A stretch of 44,814 nt of DNA from Accumulibacter sp. GTDB lineage: Bacteria > Pseudomonadota > Gammaproteobacteria > Burkholderiales > Rhodocyclaceae. Every line of letters starts with the position of its first letter. Position 1 is the first letter of the stretch. The stretch is taken from contig JAITNL010000082.1 in assembly GCA_031290495.1 (NCBI GenBank), forward strand, positions 1 through 44,814, given 5' to 3'. Under the pieces are notes generated by a model that ran no database searches, was not told the origin of the DNA, and saw nothing but the letters and a program-made list of their open reading frames with translations. Below are positions 25,833 through 33,636 of this stretch, one piece after another. The position numbers were made by a program, and so were the translations under genes.

Positions 25833-25858
25833 TGAACTGACCCTAAAAATTGGACAGT
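25833..25858 (+). mobile_element. Isolated IS3-family (IS150-like) terminal inverted repeat remnant
   Basis: TGAACTGACCCTAAAAATTGGACAG closely resembles IS150-group ends as recalled (TG.ACTGACCCCAAAAAGTTGGACAG). No transposase nearby. Confidence 0.5.
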
Positions 25859-25919
25859 GGTAATAATGGATGTTAACAAGAAAGTCGGGATTGTGATAGC
25901 TGAGCAAACCAAGCTTTCA

Positions 25920-25957
25920 TCTTCAGGGGTGGCGAGTATCGTCATGAACGTTAAGAT
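25920..25957. repeat. Right arm of the inverted repeat bounding the cassette; includes the 11-bp direct repeat TCTTCAGGGGT also at 22504-22514
   Basis: Direct alignment by eye. The arm overlaps the probable RBS and start of yfaQ. Confidence 0.7.
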
Positions 25958-27818
25958 CATGCGCGTGCGTCTGCGTCTGTTTCTCCTGCTGCTGCTTGCG
26001 GTCACTCCGCTACTCGCGTGGGCCGTCTTGTCACCGCCTGCGCCATTTGTAAAATCCACACCCCGCGCCGCGCTGGAAATACTGTGGCGTGACCGGGATG
26101 ATCCCACGTTGCTGGTCTGGCGCTCGTTCGATACCGCCGGAAAACCTCTGGACGCAACGCTGTTTCACGATCCTCCGGTCAGCCCGCCGGGATCGGAGGA
26201 ACCGCCCGCGTTCAGCAAGCGCGTGCCGCTCGGCAGTCTATGGAAACTCTTCGTTCACCTCTGGCTGGTCGAAGAGCGTCACGCCGCGCCGGATTACCTG
26301 TGTACCGGCGCTCCGGGAGCTTCCGCCGCCGCGCGCAAGTTGCGCGAGGAAGAGCTTTATTGCTGCGATCCCGGTCAGGGCATCGACCGCGATACGGCGC
26401 TGCTGCGTTCGTGTTCGCCGTTTTTTGTTCCCGCGCGTCTGGGCATTGATCCGGCGGCGTGGCGTAAATTCTGGGAAGCGCGTCCCGGCGCGCGTGACGC
26501 GCCGTGGCTGGCCGATCTCGGCGCGATGAAGCCGGACACGCAAGTCTCGCCCGCCAGTATTCTCCACGCCCTCGAAGCCGCGCCCGTCCGCGCGCGCGAA
26601 CAGACGGCGAAGGTCCTGCTCTCGCGCGTGTTCATGCCCGCGCCCGGCGCGGCGCTCGACACCACGGCGCTGGTGCGCCACCTTGGTGGACAGCTCAGGA
26701 TCAAGACCTTTTCCTGGCATCTTGCCAATGCCGTCCACACCCCCTACGGCGGCGGCGCGGGTTGGCTCACCGACGGCACGGCGGTATGGTTCGCGGGCGA
26801 AGGGACTGGGCAGCGGGTGATGGCGCGTTTCGGCGCGACGCTTGGCGCCGCGTTGTCCGAGGCGTTGCCGCCGCTTGGCGCGACGCTGACGCCCGGCTGC
26901 GTCAGGGTGAATTTCTTCGCCCGCTATCCCTTCACCGTCGAGCGGCGCGGCGGCAAACGCGCGCCGGCGGAAAAGTCGAAAAAGGCGGAGGCAGGGGAGC
27001 TGCGCGGTCAGTACGTCGCCCGTTTCGATCACGGTAAGGTGTCGATCCCCTTCGCGGCGAACGGCGAACTCACGCTGACGCTGGAAAACAACACCCCGCG
27101 CATCGAGGGACGTTTCGGCATCGACGATTACGTCGCCCGCGTACTCGACCGCGAGGCGGACGCGCGCGAGACGGAAGCCGCGCGCGCCCTGTCGGTGGTC
27201 ATCCGCAGTTACCTGCTGAACGAAGCGGCGCCCCAGGGCAACTGTCTGCACATCGAAGACAGCAGCCGCGCGCAGCGGGTGTCGGTCAATCCGCCCTCGG
27301 CGGCGGCGCGCGCGGTGGCCGGATTCACCAGCGGCCTGATGCTCAGCGGCGCGCCGGTCGGCTACCACGCCAACGCGGCGGCGAAAAACCGCATGGCGTG
27401 GGCCGACGCCGTCGCCGCCAGCCGCGCCGGACAGCCGTGGGACCGCATCCTGCGCCAGGCTTTTCCCCAGGCCGATCTGGCCGCGATGCACGACCCGGCG
27501 GGGGTGCCCTGCAAACGCTTCGGCGCAGCCGAAAGCTGGCTCGCGGCGCGCGCGCCGCGATGGCAGCGCCTGTTGCAACGCGAACTGCAAGGCTTCGAGA
27601 TTCCCGCCGCGCCGCACATTTGCCTGCTGCCGCGCGGTACGCCATTCTCGGAGCAGGATCGCGGCCGCATCCATCTGCGCGCGCTGAGGACGCGCGACGA
27701 TCGTATTACACTGGCGCACGAATACCTGCATCTCGGACTGCGTCATCATCCTTCAGGACACGACGATGACCTCATCGAACACTGGGCGCGACGCCTGATC
27801 GACGGAGAAAATTCATGA
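25944..27818 (+). CDS. yfaQ: YfaQ/MagE family protein (DUF2300, SpoIID-like domain)
   Basis: PLGSLWKLF, YCCDPG, DYVARVLDREA..EAARAL, IEDSSRAQRV and LAHEYLH. Start ATG 25944 or 25959; the track starts at 25857. Confidence 0.88.
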   Translation: MNVKIMRVRLRLFLLLLLAVTPLLAWAVLSPPAPFVKSTPRAALEILWRDRDDPTLLVWRSFDTAGKPLDATLFHDPPVSPPGSEEPPAFSKRVPLGSLWKLFVHLWLVEERHAAPDYLCTGAPGASAAARKLREEELYCCDPGQGIDRDTALLRSCSPFFVPARLGIDPAAWRKFWEARPGARDAPWLADLGAMKPDTQVSPASILHALEAAPVRAREQTAKVLLSRVFMPAPGAALDTTALVRHLGGQLRIKTFSWHLANAVHTPYGGGAGWLTDGTAVWFAGEGTGQRVMARFGATLGAALSEALPPLGATLTPGCVRVNFFARYPFTVERRGGKRAPAEKSKKAEAGELRGQYVARFDHGKVSIPFAANGELTLTLENNTPRIEGRFGIDDYVARVLDREADARETEAARALSVVIRSYLLNEAAPQGNCLHIEDSSRAQRVSVNPPSAAARAVAGFTSGLMLSGAPVGYHANAAAKNRMAWADAVAASRAGQPWDRILRQAFPQADLAAMHDPAGVPCKRFGAAESWLAARAPRWQRLLQRELQGFEIPAAPHICLLPRGTPFSEQDRGRIHLRALRTRDDRITLAHEYLHLGLRHHPSGHDDDLIEHWARRLIDGENS

Positions 27819-28696
27819 AGCATCGAGCGTCCGCCGCTGGAAACGGAATCGCCTCGCCAAGCGGTCTCGCCGTTGGCGTACTGCTGGCGCTGTGTATTGT
27901 TCCCGCGCCCGCCCACGCGCTCGACGGCTTGCCCCCGGCGCGCTCCACGCCCATCGACGCGCCGCGCGGCGGCTGGAATTTCGGCGGCTTTACCGACAGA
28001 AGCACGGAAAAAGCCGTCGCCTACCCTTACAACCTGATCGATCGCGGCATCCAGACTGGCCGCACGCTGATACAGGGCCGGCTGGCCGAACGTCTGCGCG
28101 CCGAAAAAAGCGCCGACGGTTCCAGGCGTCATCCGCCGACCCTGGTCGTCAATGGCAACCCGATGCCGCTCTATAGCGATGCGGACGGCAACTTCGCCCG
28201 CCCTTACGCCTTTGGCCCTGGCTCGAACAGCGTCGAAATCGTCAGTCCGGACGGCGAATCCGTGCAACGCCTGCAATTCTACGAATCGAACCCCACGCGC
28301 CAGCGCGCGCAGTTGCGCGCCATCCTGTCGTGGGACGACGATCAGGCCGAAGTCGATCTGCACGTGCTGACGCCCGACGGCCAGCACGCCACCTGGTCCA
28401 GCCCCGTGCTCAAGGGCGGCGGCGGCATGGACGTCGACAGCGTCGACGGCGCCGGGCCGGAGATTTTTTCCGTCACCGCCGCCTTGCACGGCCCCTACCT
28501 GTTTTACGTCAATTACTGGGGCAATTTCGCTTCGTCCGGCTACCACTTCGACGAGAAAACCCGGCAAAAGCCCATCATCACCTGCCGCATCACGCTGATT
28601 CTGCACGAGAATACGCCCAACGAGCGCCGCGAGAGCCATGTCGTGCCGCTGCGCAAAATCGGCGAACTCACCCACGCCCGTACCCTGATCTTTTGA
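27815..28696 (+). CDS. yfaP: YfaP/Mag family protein (DUF2135), copy 1
   Basis: LVVNGNPMPL, FARPYAFGPGSNSVE, LSWD...DLHVLTPDG, DVDSVDGAGPEIF. Confidence 0.88.
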   Translation: MKHRASAAGNGIASPSGLAVGVLLALCIVPAPAHALDGLPPARSTPIDAPRGGWNFGGFTDRSTEKAVAYPYNLIDRGIQTGRTLIQGRLAERLRAEKSADGSRRHPPTLVVNGNPMPLYSDADGNFARPYAFGPGSNSVEIVSPDGESVQRLQFYESNPTRQRAQLRAILSWDDDQAEVDLHVLTPDGQHATWSSPVLKGGGGMDVDSVDGAGPEIFSVTAALHGPYLFYVNYWGNFASSGYHFDEKTRQKPIITCRITLILHENTPNERRESHVVPLRKIGELTHARTLIF

Positions 28697-28707
28697 GTCT
28701 TGCCGCC

Positions 28708-29451
28708 ATGTCCAAACACCTCTACCTCCTGTCGCTGGCCCTGACCTCTCTGTTCGCCGCATCGGCGCGCGCCGAACTGGATTCGCCCATTGCCGGCTGG
28801 CGACTGGGCGACCCCGACGCGCCTTATACGCAAACGGTGAATTATCCCGCCACGCTGCCCGGCATCGACGCCGATACTCCGGCAAGCAACCAGATACGCG
28901 GGCGCATCCGCCAGCGCGGCAAATCACCCGCGACACTGATCGTCAACGGCAATTCCATGCCGCTGCGCGCCGATGAAGACGGTACCTTCGCGCGTCCCTA
29001 CAGCTTTGCCGCCGGTTCCAACAGCGTCGTGGTCAAGAGCGGCGGCGAGCGCCTGCGCACCCAGTTCTACCAGAGCGCCAACGGCCAGGCCGAGCCGCGT
29101 TTGCGCATCCTGCTCAGTTGGGACACCGACGGCACCGATCTCGACCTGCACGTCGTCACTCCGAGCGGCCAGCACGCCTGGTATGGGGAACGGGTCATCG
29201 CCAGCGGCGCGATCGACATCGACGTCACCACCGGCTACGGCCCGGAAATCTTCGCCTCGCCCGCGCCGGAAATGGGCTTGTACCAGGTCTATGTCAATTA
29301 CTACGGCGGCGGCGACAATACCGGCCTGACCACCGCCCGCCTGACGGTGATCGGCAACGAAGGCACGGCCAGCGAAAAGCGTCAGGAATTTACCGTGCCG
29401 ATGCGCTTTGGCGGCGAACTCATCCTGGCGCGGCGGTTCATGTATCCGTGA
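28708..29451 (+). CDS. yfaP: YfaP/Mag family protein (DUF2135), copy 2
   Basis: Signal peptide from ATG 28708. FARPYSFAAGSNSV, LSWDTDGTDLDLHVVTP, DVTTGYGPEIF, VYVNYYG. Confidence 0.88.
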   Translation: MSKHLYLLSLALTSLFAASARAELDSPIAGWRLGDPDAPYTQTVNYPATLPGIDADTPASNQIRGRIRQRGKSPATLIVNGNSMPLRADEDGTFARPYSFAAGSNSVVVKSGGERLRTQFYQSANGQAEPRLRILLSWDTDGTDLDLHVVTPSGQHAWYGERVIASGAIDIDVTTGYGPEIFASPAPEMGLYQVYVNYYGGGDNTGLTTARLTVIGNEGTASEKRQEFTVPMRFGGELILARRFMYP

Positions 29452-29453
29452 GC
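29338..29453 (+). repeat. yfaP 3' end, copy 1 of a ~105-bp direct repeat flanking the TPR gene
   Basis: 34-bp identical core GCCAGCGAAAAGCGTCAGGAATTTACCGTGCCGA at 29368-29401 and 31571-31604. Confidence 0.9.
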
Positions 29454-31480
29454 GTTGTTTTGCGCGGAAGCTTTGGCTGACGCTGGCGGATCAACGCGTC
29501 CACGCGGGCAAGGTTTTGGGTAACGATTTGTGCTTGATAGGACGCGCTTTCGCTGAAAATTTCCAACGCGTCACGGAAGGCTTGGGCGGCTTGTTCAAGT
29601 TTCGCCAGGTCGTTTTCGCGTTCGCCCAGGCGCGTCAAGACATTTCCGATGTTGTTTCGGGTCACCGCCCAATCCCGCGGCGCACGCTCGCGGGTGATTT
29701 CCTGTAACGCTTCGCGGTAGGCCGCAACGGCTTCTTCCAGCCGCGCCGCGCCGTTTTCGCGTTCGCCCAAGGTGCCCAAGACATTTCCGAGGTTGTTCTG
29801 GGTTATCGCCCAATCCAGCGGCACACGTTCGCGCGTGTATTCCTTCAACGCTTCGCGGTAGGCCGCAACGGCTTCTTTCAGCCGCGCCGCGCTGTTTTCG
29901 CGTTCGCCCAGAATGCGCAAGGCGGCGCCAAGGTTGTTCTGGGTCATCGCCCAATACAGCGGTACACGTTCGCGCGTGTATTCCTTCAACGCTTCGCGGT
30001 AGGCCGCAACCGCTTCTTCCAGCCGCGCCGCGCTGTTTTCGCGTTCGCCCAGGCGCATCAAGGCCGCCCCGAGATTGCTCTGGGTCATCGCCCAATCCAG
30101 CGGCGCGCGCTCGCGCGTGATTTCCTTCAACGCTTCGCGGTAGGCCGAGACCGCTTCTTTCAGCCGCGCCGCGCTGTTTTCGCGTTCGCCCAGGCGCATC
30201 AAGACATTTCCGAAGTTGCTCTGGGTCGTCGCCCAATCCAGCGGCGCGCGCTCGCGCGTGACTTCCTTCAACGCTTCACGGTACGCCGAAGCCGCTTCTT
30301 CCAGCCACACCGCGCTGTTTTCGCGTTCGCCCAGGATGCGCAAGGCAGATCCGAGATTGTTCTGGGTCATCGCCCAATCCAGCGGCGCGCGCTCACGGGT
30401 TCTTTCTTCCAACGCTTCGCGGTAAGCCGAAACCGCTTCTTTCAGACGCGCCGCGCTGTTTTCGCGTCCGCCCAAGGTTTGCAAGGCATTGCCGAGGTTG
30501 TTCTGGGTCGCGGCCCAATCCAGCGGCACGCGCTCGCGGGTTCTTTCCTTCAACGCTTCGCGGTAGGCCGAGACGGCTTCTTCCAGCCGCGCCGCGCCGT
30601 TTTCGCGTTCGCCCAGGCGCATCGAGGCCGCCCCGAGATTGCTCTGGGTCATCGCCCAATCCAGCGGCGCGCGCTCGCGCGTGTATTCTTTCAACGCTTC
30701 GCGGTAGGCCGAGACCGCTTCTTCCAGCCGCGCCACGCCGTTTTCGCGTTCGCCCAGACGCATCGAGACTGAACCGAGGTTGTTCTGGGTCATCGCCCAT
30801 TCATCCGGGTCGTGACTTCTGTCCATCCCGGTCAATATTTGCCGGTAAAGCGCAATCGCTTCCCGCAATGCCGCGTTATCGCCGAATTTATTTCCCAAAT
30901 CGTCAAGAACATTGGCGCGCTCTCGCCGATACCGCCGCGCCAGCGCGGCATCGACCGAATCGACGAACGCCGCCGCCCGCGCGTAATGCTCCGCCGCTTC
31001 GCGGCAGCTGGCCGGGTTGGATTGCGGTTTGGCCGCGGCCGCGAGGTCAGCGCTGGCCGCCGCGGCGGACAATCGTCGCTGCCGGACAGCCAGCAGGTAA
31101 TCCCTGGCCGGCTGGAATTGCCCCTGTTCCAACGCTTGGGCGGCTTGTTCCCGCGAACGTTGAACATCCGGGTCATCCCACGAGAGCTGCCGCAGTGATT
31201 CCTGTAATTCGAGGTATTCCCTGGCCTTGGCTTCCAGCAATTTTTGTATTTCTTCCGGAGCGGCCCTGGCAAGCCCATTTTCTCCCATGGCGGCCAGAAT
31301 TTTGCGCAAGGGTTCGCAAGCGTCTCGCGCGTTTGAGCAAACATTCTGGATCAGGATGGCGGTCTCATGGTCAGGATTTTCGGCGGTCGGTGTGCTGAAT
31401 ACACGCTGGCCTGACACGACGATCAAGACAGTGGCGGCGATGAACACAACGATAAGCGCGGGGTGTTTATACCGATTCAT
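29438..31480 (-). CDS. Tetratricopeptide-like repeat protein (nine 47-aa repeats) with N-terminal signal/TM segment, 680 aa
   Basis: AAGGAG RBS before ATG 31480 and a hydrophobic leader. Repeat unit WAMTQNNLGxxLxxLGERENSAARLEEAVxAYREALKExTRERAPLD. Confidence 0.9.
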   Translation of the reverse strand: MNRYKHPALIVVFIAATVLIVVSGQRVFSTPTAENPDHETAILIQNVCSNARDACEPLRKILAAMGENGLARAAPEEIQKLLEAKAREYLELQESLRQLSWDDPDVQRSREQAAQALEQGQFQPARDYLLAVRQRRLSAAAASADLAAAAKPQSNPASCREAAEHYARAAAFVDSVDAALARRYRRERANVLDDLGNKFGDNAALREAIALYRQILTGMDRSHDPDEWAMTQNNLGSVSMRLGERENGVARLEEAVSAYREALKEYTRERAPLDWAMTQSNLGAASMRLGERENGAARLEEAVSAYREALKERTRERVPLDWAATQNNLGNALQTLGGRENSAARLKEAVSAYREALEERTRERAPLDWAMTQNNLGSALRILGERENSAVWLEEAASAYREALKEVTRERAPLDWATTQSNFGNVLMRLGERENSAARLKEAVSAYREALKEITRERAPLDWAMTQSNLGAALMRLGERENSAARLEEAVAAYREALKEYTRERVPLYWAMTQNNLGAALRILGERENSAARLKEAVAAYREALKEYTRERVPLDWAITQNNLGNVLGTLGERENGAARLEEAVAAYREALQEITRERAPRDWAVTRNNIGNVLTRLGERENDLAKLEQAAQAFRDALEIFSESASYQAQIVTQNLARVDALIRQRQPKLPRKTTLTDT
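29560..30810 (-). repeat. 141-bp coding tandem repeat, about nine copies
   Basis: The GCCCA anchor recurs every 141 bp (about 29667, 29808, 29949, 30090, 30231, 30372, 30513, 30654, 30795). Confidence 0.95.
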
Positions 31481-31540
31481 GACGGCGTGCTCCTTTTGGC
31501 GGAGCGGAAGTTTAACATCACGCTGTTTGGCAAGCCGTCC

Positions 31541-31737
31541 CGCTCGCCGGTAGTCAGCAACGAAGACGCAGCCAGCGAAAAGCGTCAGGAATTTACCGTG
31601 CCGACGCGCTTTGGCGGTAAACTCACCTGGGGGCGGCGGTTCATCGTAAAACCAGCCCCGGTTTGTCCCCGTAAGAAAAGCGGGAGCCGAACCCCGGTCT
31701 GAAGACCGGACGCTGATTTCTTGCCGTATCCGTGAGC
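31541..31737 (+). pseudogene. Degenerate duplicate of the yfaP 3' end, interrupted by an ~80-bp REP-like insert
   Basis: 31541-~31645 aligns with 29338-~29441. The terminal GTATCCGTGAGC reappears at ~31726-31737, after a segment with hairpin CCGGTC-TGAA-GACCGG (31694-31709). Confidence 0.75.
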
Positions 31738-31751
31738 CAAGCGCCATCAAC

Positions 31752-32819
31752 GTGACAACCGATCCTGAGATTCAGGTATTCGAGCAGTTCGCAACGCTCG
31801 TCGAAACCTACCCTGACATTCTGTCCAAGACGCGCGGCGAAATTTTCTATACGCCGACGTGGTTCGATCTCTTGTGGAAGTACGCGAACACGTTTGCCGG
31901 GCCAGCCCGCTACGTTGTTGTAAAAATTTCCCCACAGGCCAGCCCTGTCTGTTTCCCGCTCATCGCCGGAAAGCGGCTTGCGGGGATGAGCAACTACTAC
32001 GCCAGCCTGTTTGGCCCGATCGGCGATCCAGCCGGGGCCGCCGAACCAGTCTGCCAGGCGCTGGCCGGGTGGATTCGGGAGCAAGCCCAGCGCTGGTCAA
32101 GCGTCGATTTTCATCCCCTGGACACGCAACACCCCTTTTATCGCAACATGGCGCGCGCGCTGAAAACACAGGCTTATCGTGTCGACTCCTACGCCTGTTT
32201 CGGCAACTGGTACTTCGCGGTCGACGGGAAAAGCTACGCCGACTACCTGGCGTCCCGCCCCTCGCGTCTGCGCAACACGATCCGCCGCGGTCTGGTCAAG
32301 GCGCAAAAAGCCGGCGCGCTTGAGATCGTCATCCACCAAAACCCCGGCCTGGCATTGGAAAACGCCATCGCGGATTATCTGAACGTCTACCGGAAAAGCT
32401 GGAAACCAGTGGAATCGCATCCGCAATTCATCTCTGGGCTATGCCGGCAAAGCGCTCACGAAGGCTGGCTCAGGCTGGGCATACTGAAATTGGACAAGGA
32501 AGCCGTCGCCGCTCAAATTTGGCTCGTTCACGCGGACAAGGCGAACATCTATAAATTGGCTTACGTTCAGGGGAAAAACCCGTTCTCCGCCGGAACTCTT
32601 TTGACCGCCGAGATGACGCGTCACGCGATCGACGTGGATCGAGTCAGTGAAATCGACTATCTGACTGGCGACGACGCCTACAAACAGGATTGGATGTCGG
32701 CCCGAAGAGAACGGCGCGGTCTCGTGGGTTTCAATTTGAGAAGGACTGAGGGCGTTTGCCAGTACGCCAGACATTATTTTGGCAAACTGGCGAAAAGTGT
32801 TTTTCCGTCAAATACTTAA
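31752..32819 (+). CDS. GNAT-family acyltransferase (CelD/BcsL-like, EPS-associated)
   Basis: NYYASLFGP, CFGNWY, RPSRLRNTIRR, YRKSWK, IYKLAY, SAGTLL, IDYLTGDDAYKQDWM. GTG start. Confidence 0.85.
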   Translation: MTTDPEIQVFEQFATLVETYPDILSKTRGEIFYTPTWFDLLWKYANTFAGPARYVVVKISPQASPVCFPLIAGKRLAGMSNYYASLFGPIGDPAGAAEPVCQALAGWIREQAQRWSSVDFHPLDTQHPFYRNMARALKTQAYRVDSYACFGNWYFAVDGKSYADYLASRPSRLRNTIRRGLVKAQKAGALEIVIHQNPGLALENAIADYLNVYRKSWKPVESHPQFISGLCRQSAHEGWLRLGILKLDKEAVAAQIWLVHADKANIYKLAYVQGKNPFSAGTLLTAEMTRHAIDVDRVSEIDYLTGDDAYKQDWMSARRERRGLVGFNLRRTEGVCQYARHYFGKLAKSVFPSNT

Positions 32820-32920
32820 ACCTGAAAACAGCGCTTGGCCGCACATTTTCCTGAAAGAAGCACTTTGCTTTCGCGCTCCAAACGTATCAGGGCAGAATGG
32901 ACGGCGGTTCAGAAACGCTC

Positions 32921-33049
32921 TTGTCCGGTTGCGTTCAAGTCATGGCGTGCGCAAAAGCGGACAATTTGAAACCATAAAACCGGACAAGTCTGAAAACTTG
33001 CGGCAAAATCCACGAGACGCGCTTGTCTTGGCTTGAAAAAAACGGACAA
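32921..33049. promoter_or_regulatory. Repeated CGGACAA motif, candidate operator sites
   Basis: TTGTCCG at 32921-32927 (inverted) and CGGACAA at 32958-32964, 32981-32987 and 33043-33049; the direct copies are each preceded by an A-run. Confidence 0.35.
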
Positions 33050-33075
33050 TCGCCGTAACGGAGAAAGGAGTCGCG

Positions 33076-33309
33076 ATGAATCTGGTCTACAACAGCGAGC
33101 ACTACGCCATTCTGGTGTACCCAGTGCAGGAAAGTTTTGAGTTGGTGGATAAACTGGGAGGGCGCAGCCTGTTCGTGCAAGGCTCGGTGGCGGCTGGCTT
33201 GCGCGACGCGATCAACAACATTCCGGACAAGGAACGCGACATGGATTCGATCGATTCCTTGCTTGACGATTATTGCGCCGGCGCGGCGAAGCCGATTGTT
33301 TTTCATTGA
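33076..33309 (+). CDS. DUF3567 / BTH_I0359-family small protein
   Basis: MNLVYNSEHY...FELVDK...SLFVQG...IDSLLDDY pattern; AAGGAG RBS. Confidence 0.75.
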   Translation: MNLVYNSEHYAILVYPVQESFELVDKLGGRSLFVQGSVAAGLRDAINNIPDKERDMDSIDSLLDDYCAGAAKPIVFH

Positions 33310-33324
33310 ACGGAGGATTTTTCG

Positions 33325-33528
33325 ATGGCTATTTTTTCGATGGCTGGTATTTACCAGTCCGAATATGACAAATTCCAAAAAGAGATACACGCCAGGCATC
33401 CCGAATGGGAGCGTGCTCAACGCGATGGCCTGAATCTGTCGTGGAACAGGACGTCTGCCGGATTGATCTCGTATGGCGAGGCCGGCGAGAAGAAAAAAGC
33501 CTATCCGTATGATGTGAATTTTCAGTAA
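33325..33528 (+). CDS. DUF3460-family small protein
   Basis: YQSEYDKF...HPEW...QRDG..LSWNR...AYPY pattern; GGAGG RBS. Confidence 0.7.
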   Translation: MAIFSMAGIYQSEYDKFQKEIHARHPEWERAQRDGLNLSWNRTSAGLISYGEAGEKKKAYPYDVNFQ

Positions 33529-33636
33529 AGCGCCTGGGCTTTCATTGGCTTGCGTCAAACCGCGTCGGCGGCGGCAGAGCGGTGGCGTGATTTTGAGAGG
33601 TCTGGCGCAATTTGGCGGTGGTCAGAGGTAACAAGC

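Noticed and set aside
22441-25960. Defence cassette as an integron gene cassette
   Set aside because: I found no RYYYAAC/GTTRRRY-bounded attC with the expected extrahelical bases, and no integrase.
29595-30800. Repetitive alternate-frame ORFs (29595-30236, 30393-30800)
   Set aside because: Off-frame readings of the TPR tandem repeat.
29560-30810. 141-bp repeats as a CRISPR array
   Set aside because: There are no unique spacers, the period is a multiple of 3, the units encode TPR-like repeats, and no cas genes are present.
29338-31645. yfaP 3' duplication as a DGR template/variable repeat pair
   Set aside because: The mismatches are not adenine-specific and no reverse transcriptase is in the window.
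31481-31750. Extension of the TPR ORF to 31750
   Set aside because: It runs through the yfaP duplicate and REP-like insert. The RBS and signal peptide support 31480.
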